From: Octopus vulgaris
Taxonomy: Eukaryota
Direction of reading: 5' to 3'
Assembly: GCA_951406725.2 (NCBI GenBank)
Contig: OX597816.1
Coordinates: forward strand, 28,830,001-28,894,000
Length of the DNA stretch: 64,000 nt
Shown one piece after another: positions 39,987-53,744 of the stretch (position 1 is the first letter of the stretch; each line of letters begins with the position of its first letter). The position numbers and the translations under genes were made by a program. Under the pieces are notes generated by a model that had not been told where the DNA came from, did not search any database, and worked only from the letters and a program-made list of their open reading frames with translations.

Positions 39987-40294
39987 CACCCAAACGTTTA
40001 TCAATTTGTGTTGCAAGATCCCTGATGTGAAACCGTGTGTTGAAACAGATATTGCTTTATTTCAGGGTAGTCACTTTTCTGCCAAATAAACACTCGCACA
40101 ATACATTTGTTCTTGTGTCCGTATGTGTCTGTGTATGTGTGCACGTGTGTGTACGTGTGTGTGGTCGTATGCTTGTGTGCGTGTCATTGTTCTTAGCAGC
40201 AGTATGGCCTTTCCCTCTGCACCATCCTCTCACCCCATTGCGCTGCTGCTGCCCTAAGACCCGAAAACTTGGTACAGTTCCTGTATCCCAATAT

Positions 40295-40329
<35 letters not shown>

Positions 40330-40332
<3 letters not shown>

Positions 40333-40615
40333 CGTTTTTGGATTTGGTTGGCAAAATTCTTTATATGAGTTTGTGTGTTGAAGCATATTCTGTTGTTTCT
40401 GGGGAGAGTCATACACTTTTAGTGCATTATTATTTAACACACACACCGCTCAAATTTCCACTTATTTCTTATTTTTATTTTCTAAAATTCTCGTTGCGTC
40501 TTGCAACCTTTTCAGTAGTCTTGAATAAAAATAAAAAATAAGTGGAAATTTTACCGGTGAGTGTGTTAAATAATTAGGCACTAAAAGAGAATGGTTCTCC
40601 CCAGACACAACAATA
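40330..40615. mobile_element. Family H1 PLE-like insertion with inverted arm; hammerhead motif 40482-40518(-)
   Basis: 40390-40480 is inverted at 40525-40612; minus strand CTA-CTGAAAA-G-GTTGC(5)GCAAC-GAGA-A-TTT-TAG. Confidence 0.7.
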
Positions 40616-40906
40616 TAGACATTATATATATATGTATATATATACAAAATCTTCCAAGAATTTAACAGTGACAGAACAAACGGGAAGTTCAAATACAAAA
40701 CGTAGTTAATTCCACATAATTCATCGTCGAAAAGTTAATTAACAATTAATGGTTCCAAGCTGTATCCTTTGCATAAAACCAGGGCCATGGAGAGGGAAGG
40801 CTGGTATGCATTGGAGACTGAGGGTCCTCCATAACCAATCTTATCCCAGACTTGAGCCTCGGAGGGGAACTTTATAGGTGCAATTCCATGGTCATATATA
40901 ACTTTA

Positions 40907-41072
40907 GGCGCAGATATGGCTCTATGGTAACATGCTTCCTTTCTTGCCACATGGTTCTGGAATCAGTCCCACTGGGTGACACATTCTGCAAGGAGTTTCA
41001 ATGAAACCTCGGACCGACCAAAGAGATGTAACTTGATTGGGTAGGTGGAAACAGAAAGAAGACGGTGACGTA
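40907..41072 (+). mobile_element. Degenerate SINE family A head
   Basis: GGCGCAGATATGGCTCTATGG...CCACATGGTTCTGG..TCAGTCCCACTG...CCGACCAAAG. Confidence 0.7.
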
Positions 41073-41081
41073 TATATATAA

Positions 41082-41273
41082 ATAGGGAAAGTTTACGAAA
41101 AAAAACAAAAGACGGAGACAGGTGCTGTACAAAACAACCTGATGTATTAGTACAGCGCTCAGGAATAGAAAGACTCTTTTACGTTTCGAGCCAACGCTCT
41201 TCTACAGAAAGGTACACAGAAAAAAACAAAGAGAGAAAAAAACGTGTGTAGTGGCTAACGATCCATCATGGCG

Positions 41274-41278
<5 letters not shown>
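41082..41278 (-). mobile_element. Family H2 pLTR-like repeat with hammerhead-like motif 41176-41211
   Basis: Minus strand CTTT-CTGTAGA-A-GAGC(GTTG)GCTC-GAAAC-GTA-AAAG. Confidence 0.7.
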
Positions 41279-41337
<59 letters not shown>

Positions 41338-41423
41338 ATATCAATAATACAGTGATTGTTTCTTGTCAGGAACAAAATGATTAATACGACTGCTATAGAA
41401 GTGCTCTATTGAAAGAGACAAAA

Positions 41424-41708
41424 ATATCAAACTAAAGTTATTGAACAAACAAAGGCAAGGTCATCCGCATATCATCTCATAATTCGAACATTTAATCATA
41501 GAATATACATATAAACATCCCGCAAGATGGAACATAATTCATCTGTACAAGCATATAAGCATATAATAATAATAACGTGCGACAAAAAATTTTTTTCATC
41601 ACAGTTTAGAGTTAATATTTTAGCGATTCAGAAAAATACATTTTTAAAAAAAAAACCTTGAAAGTAAAAATATAATAAAAGTAATATATAAAAATATATA
41701 GGTATATA

Positions 41709-41760
<52 letters not shown>

Positions 41761-42320
41761 GGAGCATATAAAAATATATAATATATATCATGTAAATAAA
41801 ATAAAAGTTCATCGTTTAGAAATCTTATTAAATAATTATTCAAGTAAAAGAAGCCTTATAGTTAAAAAGGGAACCATATTTAGATATGGTTCCTTTTAAC
41901 TATGAGGTTTCTTTTACTTGAATAATTATTTAATAAGATTTCTAAACGAGGAACTCTTATTTTATTTACATGATATATATTATATATTTTTTATATGCTC
42001 CTATATGTATATATATATATTTTATATATTTTTATATACCTATATATATTTATATATTACTTTTATTATATTTTTACTTTCAAGGTTTTTTTTTAAAAAA
42101 TGTATTTTTCTGAATCGCTAAAATATTAACTCTGAACTGTGATGAAAAAAATTTTTTCTGGCACCTTATTATTATTATTATATGCTTGTATGCTTGTACA
42201 GATGAATTATGTTCCATCTTGCGGGATGTTTATATGTATATTCTATGATTAAATGTTCGAATTATGAAATGATATGCGGATGACCTTGCCTTTGTTTGTT
42301 CAATAACTTTAGTTTGATAT
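41424..42320. repeat. ~900-bp fold-back palindrome (two ~450-bp arms, 4-nt loop at 41880-41883)
   Basis: AACCATAT-TTAG-ATATGGTT centre; arms match as reverse complements with scattered mismatches. Confidence 0.93.
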
Positions 42321-42329
42321 ATATATGTC

Positions 42330-42540
42330 TATGTGTGTGTGTGCGTGTGTTTGACCGTGTTTTCGTCTTCACCACTTGACGAACGCTGTTGCTATCTTTA
42401 TGACCCCGTAGCTATGTGGTTCCGCAAAACAGACTGATAGAATAAATACTACTGTCTATTTATTCGACTGAAATCATTTAAGGGAGTATTCCAGCAGGGC
42501 CGTTGTCACATGACTAAAACAAGTCAAAGAATAAAGAATA
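42330..42540 (+). mobile_element. Degenerate 3' half of SINE family A
   Basis: GATAGAATAA..TCCAGCAGGGCCG..ATGACTAAAACAAG tail-like match. Confidence 0.65.
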
Positions 42541-42625
42541 TATATGTATAATAGACACGATAGAAAGAGAGAGAGAGAGATTCACCTATATATACGTATA
42601 TGTATATGCTTGTTTATTATATAAA

Positions 42626-42668
<43 letters not shown>

Positions 42669-42926
42669 GTATGTATGTATGTATATATATAAGCACATAG
42701 GTATACTTTTGTCTGAGTTCGTGTGTGCAAATATAGACTACATTCAGAACATATATACACGCATTACTTCGCACAAATATATCTATACACCTGTGCTATA
42801 CATATATATTACTCGGGCAGGTCAGCCACCGACCTCGAGAAAAATACTCGCAGAATGTGCACACACATATACATAACCACACATACACACACACATACGC
42901 ACACACACACAGACACACACACACAG

Positions 42927-43011
<85 letters not shown>

Positions 43012-43641
43012 AGTTAAATTTAAAATGAAGGCTTAGCAGATATTAAAATAGAGTATCCAATCATTGTGTCAAGTAAATCCTAGGTGGTTGTCTGCAGAGC
43101 ACGTTCGCCACTCATGGCTATAACCCACTAAGGAATTGCTAAGTGCACGTTGTGTATATTCTAAATGATTGAAAGACAAGACGGAGTCGAAGTAGAGGCT
43201 TTATTTCGTACCACAGTCATGTAGGCTGCACCACTTCCTAGTGGGTGGGGAAGGATGTAAAGATATCAGATGCCTCTCGCAGCGGAGGGGAGCCTCATGA
43301 AGTGTCTCGATAGGCTGCAAAAGTTATAAAATTTCCATTTCGCTCCAAGCTTAGAGAGAAATGTATATTCCTGTCTCAGGTACATTTGGTGATCTACATA
43401 AGAGTATTCCATTTCAAAAGTCTAATTTGCAGATCAGAAGTTATTGTGAAAATGGATATTTCCCCGTTTTCTGACGTTTCATTATTTCATTATTTGAATA
43501 TATTCATTTATTCCAAAATAGAATTTATTTTGGGGACTTCCTACTTCAGGTGCAATGAATTTTAATAAATTTTCTGTCTGTCTTTTTCATTTCCGTTTGC
43601 TGGTTATGGGAACATCTTTTGGAATTTTGGAAATTACACCA

Positions 43642-43749
<108 letters not shown>

Positions 43750-43803
43750 GTCTATGATATACATACACACACACACACACATATATATGCATATACACAT
43801 ATA

Positions 43804-43848
<45 letters not shown>

Positions 43849-44454
43849 CATATATTCGTACGTATTTATGTATGCATATGTTTATGTGTATGTGTGTGCT
43901 TATGTGTGCCTGTGCGTGCGTGTATGTATCATCTAGTAAATTATAAATCATGACTCCATTACGCTAGCTACGATATTTGACGTTTGTTGAAATGCTTAAA
44001 AGAAAATTTGAGATGTTTTAGTGTTTGATGGTAGCCATAAAATATCCCCCAAATCTGTCCAATTAAACTGATCATATAAGTTGCTGCTAGAATGAGACCC
44101 ATGATGACATGACGGTGCTTTATTTGTTCGTTTTCTTCTTCAAGCACGTCTCCCTGAATTTAAATTGTTATATTTAATATGCTTATGAGATCATCAGGCT
44201 CTTAACTCTGTAAATTTTCAATCACAATGAAATTAAATAAAGTCAAACTAATCCATTTATGAAATTATATTTCTTCAGCTTTAATCCAATTACTTTACAC
44301 ACAGAATTAAAAGGTCTTGGCCTCTGCATCATCTTCATTTCTACCCACTACCTTCGTGTTTCCTATATGTTATCAATATTTATCTTCAGATTCGCCTGTG
44401 GGTTTGATGTGGAATAAAAATATGTTCGATGTTTTCTTTTGACTAATATATGTA

Positions 44455-44550
<96 letters not shown>

Positions 44551-44680
44551 ATATATATATATTATTCGGATATACATACACATATCTACGCTTATATGTA
44601 CACGCGTGTGCAGCGCACACACATATATAAGCATATAAGTGTATACGGATATATCAATAATAAAATGTTTTCATATGAAG

Positions 44681-44711
<31 letters not shown>

Positions 44712-45288
44712 ATTTTATATTTCCGAGGCCCTATTAGAGAGCTAGTTATTTGTGCTGTATAAGGGGATAATTATCCCATTTATTTCTTCATCATATATAT
44801 ATACTAATTTAGCATTCGTAACAAGGAACATTTAATATTTTTTAAGGTACATATATTTTCCATGAATATATTATTTGATACATTTTTTCTGACAACATGA
44901 GCACTTCCTAGATCATTCCGAAGGAAAGTAGAGAAAAGAACATGGCTTTCTTCTTACAGATAGAATTTATTCCCCGTAGGTCATGTCAGATTATTTTATT
45001 GTGATGTTATCTCAGCAACAACTGATCTACAATTCCATGTTTTTAATAATGTCACGTCTTTAACGAGCTGTGATTTTTATGAACATCATCACTTCTTGAG
45101 GGATAAGGTTGTTTCTACATTAGAGAGTGAGTTTACGGGCGAGTTGTATCTGAGGCATATATCGTTGAAGAGGCATTTTTTTAATGCAAAAGATGAATAT
45201 CACCTGGTCAACATAGCGCATGTTAGACGTTGATGTAGCAGGAATTTCTGTTGGAGCATGAACATTCGGATTTATATATATATGTGTG

Positions 45289-45380
<92 letters not shown>

Positions 45381-45463
45381 TGTCTGTCTGTCTGTGTGTG
45401 TGTGATAATGAACAACAAATGCTGAGGCATAAGAAGCATCACAAGTCATATACATTCGGATTT

Positions 45464-45512
45464 TTGTCAGTGAACAGGTCGCGGTCTTAAAGCGACGAAA
45501 ATATTTTGACAA
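45464..45512 (+). ncRNA. Minimal hammerhead motif, G3-C8 variant (family H3, second copy)
   Basis: TTGTCA-GTGAACA-G-GTCGC(9)GCGAC-GAAA-ATA-TTT-TGACAA. Confidence 0.65.
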
Positions 45513-45597
45513 GTAAACTGAAATGTTGAAGTAAATCGAACGGCTTTTGTGTGTTTCTTAAATGGCTTATAAACACCTTCCACGCTGCAATTGTGTA

Positions 45598-46010
45598 CTT
45601 GTCAGTTGTTTAACCTTAACCAATTGACCATGTCCCTTAGTGGCTGACGATATGTACATCTCTGATCACGAGCAGAAGTAGTGGGGTAGCATCATAGCCA
45701 TGTGTTGAGAGGGATTCTTTGGGGTTTGAATAATTCACCGCTGGAAACATGTGTGTTTCGTTCAACATCCTTAAAAAAACCTTATTCAGGGATCTTTTCA
45801 CCAAGATGGGTTACTAGACCAGACGAAAATTCTAACTCGGCCCCACCTGCACGGTCATGTGATGTTTATCTTGATATGAGATTACCATGCCGCGCACATA
45901 TGGTTGTGATGCATGCGCCTAGTGTACCCTTAGCAGACGGGTATTCATGATGGGTATACTGAGCTTCGTATATTTTACCCCAGTGATGGCATGCACTGCT
46001 CTCTCACTCA
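45598..46010 (+). mobile_element. TAA-associated non-coding element (family T), 5'-truncated, with (AAT)n tail 46010-46165
   Basis: Reverse complement of 18401-18820. Confidence 0.85.
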
Positions 46011-46057
46011 ATAATAATAATAAAAATAATAACAATAACAACGATAATAATAATAAT

Positions 46058-46143
<86 letters not shown>

Positions 46144-47164
46144 CAACAACAACAACAATAATAATAAAAAAATATATGACGAATGGTGTTTAAGTTCGTG
46201 ACAATTGTTTCGCTCTAAATTTATTAATGCACTCTTAATAGATTACACTGTTACATAGATTTCCAGCTCCCTAGGCTTTACATAAACTTGCTAAACCAAT
46301 TTTTCATTCAGCAGATTTAGATTTTGAGGTTTTGAAGATGGTTACCAATATATAAAACACGGGTGCATGTGTACAAAAACTGTCAATCAATTAAACACCG
46401 ACTATAGAAGGAAAGATGGGGGAAGGAAAGGGAGAAATTGCGTGAGGGAGAAAAAGAGAGAATGCAAGTGAAATAATAAAATAAAATAATAAAATAACAA
46501 TAATATTGATACACACACAAATCGGCAGTCCCACATAATCTTTTTCATATCAATTACACACGCTACATCCCAACACCTAACCAGATATGCTTAGAGTTTT
46601 TATGTGAGTGTTTGAGTACATATGATAAAATATAAAGCCATGTGATTCAAGCTGTTGCAATCGGTTTTGTTACTGAACAAATCCGATTGCACTATAGTGA
46701 TAGGAAATAGACTGATTCACCTGATTCAGTCAAAAGAAAACACTTTCCTCATTAACACTGGTGCATCGAAATGTCTCAATAAATTTGTTACGCATGCAAA
46801 CACTTTGACAGCTAAAACATTTAAGCATTGGTAAATAATTTTTAAAGACTGTTTTTTTTTCTTTTGTTGTAATAAACCTATATCAAATTCTATTGTATAT
46901 CAAGTAATTTTGAAACAGAGTGAAAATATATTGTCTGATTCTTTTTTACAAAACGAAAGTAAACAGTGAAAAAATTGATTTATATTATATGTAATAAAAA
47001 TGTCAATAGAATTGTATGCACTACACAAAACAATTCAAGATTTTACATTCTAAATACAGGATATTTCATTACACAATTGGAGTTGAAGAAAAATTAGCTG
47101 CCATGGAAAACTGAAAACCATTTGAATATTGGAAAAAAAAACTACCTGCATTACGATAGTTCGC

Positions 47165-47545
47165 GATGGATGTCAAAATGCTGAAGTCATGACTGCCGCC
47201 CTATGTTCTGTGATCACTCTAAAGTTTATAAAACGTTGCATGGGAAGTTGGAAGGAGTCGACTACCAAGCCGTGGCTTGCGGGATAAACACATCATACAT
47301 CCTTGTTGCGTCCGTACGCTGGAGGTAACCCCCACAGACTTTGGAAAGAGCGGTAAGCTCAATTCAGATGCCCATATGAAGCTGCTTGAGACTGCAATCA
47401 AATCCTGGATTGAGAAAGTTGCTTCTGGAAAGCCACATGTATAGTAGCAGGATTTGATTCATTGCGGTACCCCAAAAAAGAGTCAAAAAGAATTGTTGGA
47501 CTGTTTATACAACTAAACCAGCTCCAAATTCAGGCCTCCTAGTAA
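47165..47545 (+). mobile_element. Tc1/mariner DD37D (maT-like) transposase relic
   Basis: KLNSDAHMKLLETAIKSWIEKVASGKPHV**QD...KKSQ...RPPS resembles the PW..VWQQD..WPPNSPD region. Confidence 0.7.
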
Positions 47546-47587
47546 TTTCTCCGTTAAATAAATATTTTCTCCGTTAAATAAATAAAC

Positions 47588-48528
47588 AGAATTAATTTAA
47601 TCAGTCGGACACATCAGTTGTATAATTTTACTTAAATCTTCCAAGAGGGTAAGATAACATACAAAGTCCATGCTGTTTTCACTTCAGCTTAGAAGTTTCT
47701 AAGATATCAGGGAACAATCTTGTTAGGGTCCAAGCTTGTCACTGATTTTTGCATCGGTTTTAATTTATAGTCTTGTTTATCAAATCTTTGTATGTCAAAA
47801 CCTAATACTACAGAATAGTGTCTGTTAGGAAAGGACATGAGGGAGTAGACAGAATCATAGTGGGTATAGTTATAACACCGGTCAATATTATTTTGTCGTG
47901 ATGATGATACAGGGAAATTTTATCATAGGGTTCTATAGGTGATTGATTTAAACAATATTGTTATATTGTATAAAGATAAACTTTAGGGTTATCAAGAAAA
48001 ATATAACAACCAAAAGGATAAATTTTGAAAACTTTTGAATATATACCAAATTTTCAACAATAGAGAGAAAAAAATTACGTAGAATTAGTTTAATAGTCAT
48101 TCATATGCTTAATTATTTACTTATGTGCTATCTATGAAGACTGATCACTGGAATTTACTAAAGGAATACTCGGGCGATAGAACATACTAACTATATATTA
48201 ATCATAATCTAAGAGATATATTATCAGTTGTGAAGTTACCGGTGCCGTTATATAGAAGCTAATATAAATTTCTTGGTGTATAAAAATTAGGTTTAATAGA
48301 TACAAGTGTGAGATGTGCTCTATGGAAACATATGAGATTTTGAAGCATAAGGACAAGAACAACCTGATTAACAATATATTAGAACTTAGGGTATCATGCG
48401 TACATAATGTCACCCTACATTTATATATTTTCGAAGTTAGCATTTTATAGGTGTTGTGATTGAACTGAATTGATGGAAACTAACTTTTAAAATTTTTGGT
48501 GTTGAATCTAATTATTATTAACCTCTAG

Positions 48529-48564
<36 letters not shown>

Positions 48565-50090
48565 AATCAAGTGATATTCAGTTACATGAGAAATTAAAGT
48601 ACATTGCATATAATATAATCTATATACTATATTAAGTTAGTGTACTACATGGAGTTAGTATACTATCCTATGAATATTCCTGCCTAGATAGTCTAACTTC
48701 ATCATGGTTTTAGAAATTAAACTATTTATCCCTTCTATAGTGTTCCACTCTCCTGGTCATATTATTATTATTTTTATAAAGGTTTTTATGTAAGTAACCC
48801 TCCTAATTAAGTGCCCCTAAGAATCTATATTATCATGTATGTATTAACACTGGAAACATTTAAAACTTACATTATACCTCTTAACTTATAATTATTATAT
48901 AGTTAGCATGTTCTATCGCTCCAATATTCCTATAGTAAACAACTTTATAAATGCTATCTAATAAATAAATAATTTGGTAAAATGATTGAATTATTAAACA
49001 AATTCCACACAATCTTCTTTTTTCTATTGATGATAACAATATATATATATACTTCATCATGGTTTTAGTGATTAAACTATTTCTTCCTTTCTGTGGTGTT
49101 ATTTCCTACTGATCATATTATTATTTTTATAATAGACTTTATGCAGGTAGACCTAATTTTTGTACACATAGAAATGTATATTAGCTTATATATAACGGCA
49201 ACGGTAACTTCTCAACTTATAATATACCTTTAAGATTATAATTAATATATAGTTAGCATGTTCTATCGTCCCAGGATTCTTTTAGTATATGTTAGTGATC
49301 AGTCTTAATAGGTACCACATAATAAGTAAATAATTAAGTATATAAATGAATAATAAACGATTTCTATGTACATTTTCCCCTCTCTATTGTAGAAAATTTT
49401 GGAACATGTTCAAATGTATTCAAAATTCATCCTTATTCTTTATCATATTTTTTTGATAACCCTAAATTTTATCTTTAAACAATATAACAATATTGTTTAA
49501 ATCAGTCACCTAAAATATCGCATGATAAAATTTCCCCTGTATTATCATCATTTGTTTTATTAGCGTCTTGCCCCATTAACTGGTAATTAATATCTTGATT
49601 TAATGTATTCCTTTACCAAACCTTATTTTAACCAGTTACTTTATATTAATTCAAAATAATCTTGACAGGTTTTATATTTTATAACTATACTCAATGTGAT
49701 TCTGTCAACTCCCTCATGTCCTTTTCTAACATATACTACTCTCCAGTCTTAGATTTTGATATACAAAGATTTGATAAACAAGATTATATATTAAAGCCGA
49801 CTTAAAAAATCAATGACAAGCTAGGACCCTGATGTCATAGAAACTTCTAAGCTGAAGTGAAAACAGCATGGATTTTGTCGGTCGTCTCACACTCTTAGAG
49901 AATTTAAGTAAAATTATACAAATGTGTCCATCTGATTAAATTAATTCTAATTATGTATTTATGCAGCTGAGGATAGTCTTGCATTTAAATTTATGTAATT
50001 ATTGCATTGGTCAATTAAATGGAGCCGCTTGAAATGGTCATACTGCATCACCTCTAATTATTCTTATTTTGAGTTTATTCACTTTATTTT
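47588..50090. mobile_element. PLE-like remnant with large inverted arms (~47588-48210 and ~49235-49950) and internal direct repeat (48698-48935, 49051-49285)
   Basis: Reverse-complement blocks such as CCATGCTGTTTTCACTTCAGCTTAGAAGTTTCT; hammerhead at the right end. Confidence 0.7.
49961..50048 (+). ncRNA. Type-I hammerhead motif, canonical C3-G8 core
   Basis: ATGCAG-CTGAGGA...GAAAT-GGTC-ATA-CTGCAT: 6-bp perfect stem I; stem II decayed. Confidence 0.6.
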
Positions 50091-50171
50091 GAAATTATAC
50101 AGTTAACACCACACTAATTTTTTGTGCCACAACTTAAGTACCTACTCCATCTGAATCCCAATTTTTTTACT

Positions 50172-50267
<96 letters not shown>

Positions 50268-50290
50268 TGTGTTGTCTGTGTGTGTGTGTG

Positions 50291-50555
50291 TTGAGAAAAA
50301 TGGTCGTCAGAATTTTTCATTATTATTAGCGCTTTCGTTCGTTTCTTGAACTTGGCAAACAGAATTTTGTGAATGTACAAACAGATTGTTCATTTATATA
50401 AAACAGATTCTTTCTTTTTTTTTTGGGGGGGGGCGGTTAGAAGTGAAGAACATTGTTTTTGCTTTTGCTGAGTTAGGTTCCATGACAATGGAGATAGATA
50501 GAAATGTAGGTAGGTAGATAGGTTGATAGATAGATAAGTAGATAGATAAATAGAT

Positions 50556-50594
<39 letters not shown>

Positions 50595-50610
50595 AGAGAG
50601 AGAGAGAGAG

Positions 50611-50668
<58 letters not shown>

Positions 50669-51715
50669 AAAAATCTTTCCAAAATGGAATGTTTGAAAGA
50701 AAAACCGGAGGCAGTACATTTTGTATTCTAAATATAACTCAAATATGGGAAACATAATGCTCATCTCTGTAAATATTTAGATGTATATGCGTGGCATTAC
50801 GATGTTCTGAACTGTGTGTTTTTCTAGTTTCTAAGTGTTATACTAGAGTTCTCTAATGCAAAAATATGAAATTGAAAGAAGTGTGATTTTGTTGAAAATT
50901 CTGTATAAACATGAACATGTTCCCAAACACACACACACACACACACGCTCTCGTACTCATTCGCGCGTGTACACACGTACACAAATACACACGCACACAC
51001 ACTTCATCAACGGATTCTCTACAAAATTAATGTTTGAAGGTAAAGCGGCGAATATGCATTTTTTATTCCAAATGTGGCTCATCTCTACAAATGTTCAGAA
51101 CTACACTTCATGAAGAAATTCTCTCAAAAAGTGAATGTCTGAAAGAAAAGCGGAGACCGTAAATTGTGTATTCTAAATATAACTCAAAGAGGAGAAAAAA
51201 GAGAGAAGGAGGAAAAAAGAAGGAAATAGGAGGAAAACGGAAGAAAAGAGAAAAGAAAGAAAGGAAGAAAAGTTGGGTAAGAGAGAAAAAGAAGCGAAAA
51301 GACTTTTAGTGATGACCGCACCACAATTTTTTTTTTCTTAAGAGGTAACAATCCTTAAATCCATTCCAATACAATGGTAAATGACTAAAGAAATAAATGA
51401 ATGGTGAATAGTAAAGGGATGCCCCTTCTCTTTTTCTCTCTATCTATCAACCTATCTACCTACCTACATTTCTATCAATCTATCTCCATTTTCAAGGAAC
51501 CTCGCCCAGAAAAACGAAAACAATGTGTTCTTCTTTTCTAAACGAAACACCCCCCCCCCCCAAAAAAAAAAACATCTGTTTTATATAAATGAACAAGCTC
51601 TTTGTACATTCACAAAATTCTGTTTGACAAGTTCGAGAAATGAACGAAAGCGCTAATATTAATAATAAAGATATAAAATGATTTTTTCCAAAATTCTGAC
51701 GACCTTTTTTCTCAA
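50291..51715. mobile_element. Inverted pLTR-like pair (arms 50291-50535 and 51440-51715), each with a U3-A8 hammerhead motif
   Basis: 51621-51658(+) TGT-TTGACAA-GTTC(7)GAAC-GAAAG-CG-CTA-ATA; 50324-50361(-) is the same with TTGCCAA. Confidence 0.65.
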
Positions 51716-52145
51716 TATTCTATTTCTGTACACCACACCTAACACTCTATACATACACACATACACATACACACATACATAAACACACACACACACAAAC
51801 ACACACACATATATATATATATATGTGTATGTGCACTCTTGCATGTGTATTTCTATATACTGACAGTCATGACTGTACTGAATAAGTTCCTTGAGCAAAC
51901 CCTTGTTCTCCGTAGTAGCACTAGGAGTGCATGCGGAGCACTATGTATGATATTTCTTTGTTTATCCAGAAATATGCATTTTAACAAGTTCACCGAATCA
52001 AAACAATCTAACATTAAATATTTCCCCTCCTTCCTATTTATATATGGTCGATAGTCAGATTAAATTGAACGTGATTTTATCAGATCAAAGTGTTTTGGAC
52101 TTTGGAATGTTAGATTATCCGAGTCTGGATTGTATGGCGTTTTAC

Positions 52146-52350
52146 CATATTCCTTATTTTTATTTTCCTAAAATTTTCGTTGTCTCTTGCAAACTTTTCA
52201 ATAGTCTTGACTCTGGCCGTTATTTACACTGCATTCCTTTTTGTTTGTTTGTGCGCATGTGTGTGTCTATGCATGCATGCATATACGTATGTATGTATGT
52301 GTATATGTATATATGTATGCATGTGTGAATGCATATATGTGTGCATTATT
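52146..52350 (-). mobile_element. Family H1 repeat with U3-A8 hammerhead motif 52168-52204
   Basis: Minus strand CTA-TTGAAAA-G-TTTGC(5)ACAAC-GAAA-A-TTT-TAG. Confidence 0.7.
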
Positions 52351-53164
52351 AATTTTATTGCATGCATTTTGGGATTCTTGTTTTATTTTTTGTAATGCAT
52401 GCTATAATTGTAGGTTTCATGATTATCTTTTAAAATTAAATGGAGGATTATAAATATTGATGAGGTTATATTTTAAAATTTTTGTTCCTATTTTATACAT
52501 CTGATGAAACAATGCTAAATAATTGTAAATCAACAGAATAACAAATATAAAGAATGAGACAAAAGACTGCAATACTTTTTAATGTAAATATAGTGAGAAT
52601 TCTAACGATCACGATTGGTATCTAGAGAGAGAGAGGGGGTGAGAGAGATGGAGAGAGAAAGAGGGAGAGAGGGGTGAGAGTGCAATTTTTGCTTGCCATA
52701 ACTACCTCTGTCATAGCAACATTAACATATTTTCACAGTAACAATTGGCAATAAGGCTATTGTCTGCTTACCTGAGTGAAATAATGAGTTTCTGAATTAG
52801 ATATAAATAAAATACAGCACCCGAAGAGCATGTGAATTTGTATCTCCTTTGTTTTGAAAGTAATTTTTAAAATTGTGAATTTCGCAAAAAGTTTTCTGAA
52901 TTCTATGACAAACAATTCCGTTTCAGTATGGGATGAAGAAATAAACGACATTATGAATTTGAAGTAGTGTTATCACAGAAACATAAAATAAAACGTCTAT
53001 AATAACAAATTTTGCATTTGCTCATAAAATTTTTATACCAACGTGATGGGTTTCAATGAATATAGTATTATTTCCGAGCACCACAACAGATACTTGTCAG
53101 AGATGTCATAATTTTCATTCATTCACAAATGAATATCACTCTTTTCCGAAAAATGTATTTGATA

Positions 53165-53600
53165 TTCTGTTGTACCTGGGGAGAGTCATTTTCTTTTTGT
53201 GCCTTATAATGTAACACACTCACCGGTAAAATTTTCACATATTCCTTATTTTTATTTTCCTAAAATTTTCGCTGAATCTTGAAACCTTTTCAATAGTCTT
53301 GACTCTGTCCGTTATTTACACTGCATTCCTTTTTGTTTGTTTGTGCGCATGTGTGTCTATGCATGCATGTGCGTATGTATGTGTATATGTATATATGTAT
53401 GCATGTGTGAATGCATATATGTATGTATGAATATGTATATATTTGTGTATGTGTGTGCATCTCTATGTATGTATTCTGCATATTCATGTGCTTGCATGTC
53501 CATGTTTGTGTATTTTCTATGTATGTGTGTGTGCGTTTGTATATGTATGCTTCGCTGTCTTCTTGTGTGTGCATTTCTGTGTATCTGTGTGTGTGTTTTG
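53165..53600 (-). mobile_element. Family H1 repeat with U3-A8 hammerhead motif 53260-53296
   Basis: Near-duplicate of 52146-52350 and homologous to 648-1100. Confidence 0.7.
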
Positions 53601-53744
53601 CAACTATGTACCCTGGTACATAGAGCCAATAAAATTTACGTTAAGGATCAGATAGATTTTGAGGTGTGTTTTTTTTTTCTTCAAGTTACACTAATGAATT
53701 TTTTAGTGTCATATACTGACTATTTACTTACAATTTATATTGTC

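Noticed and set aside
52495-52560. CTGATGA with ACAAT/ATTGT stem
   Set aside because: No GAAA or stem III follows; too degenerate to call
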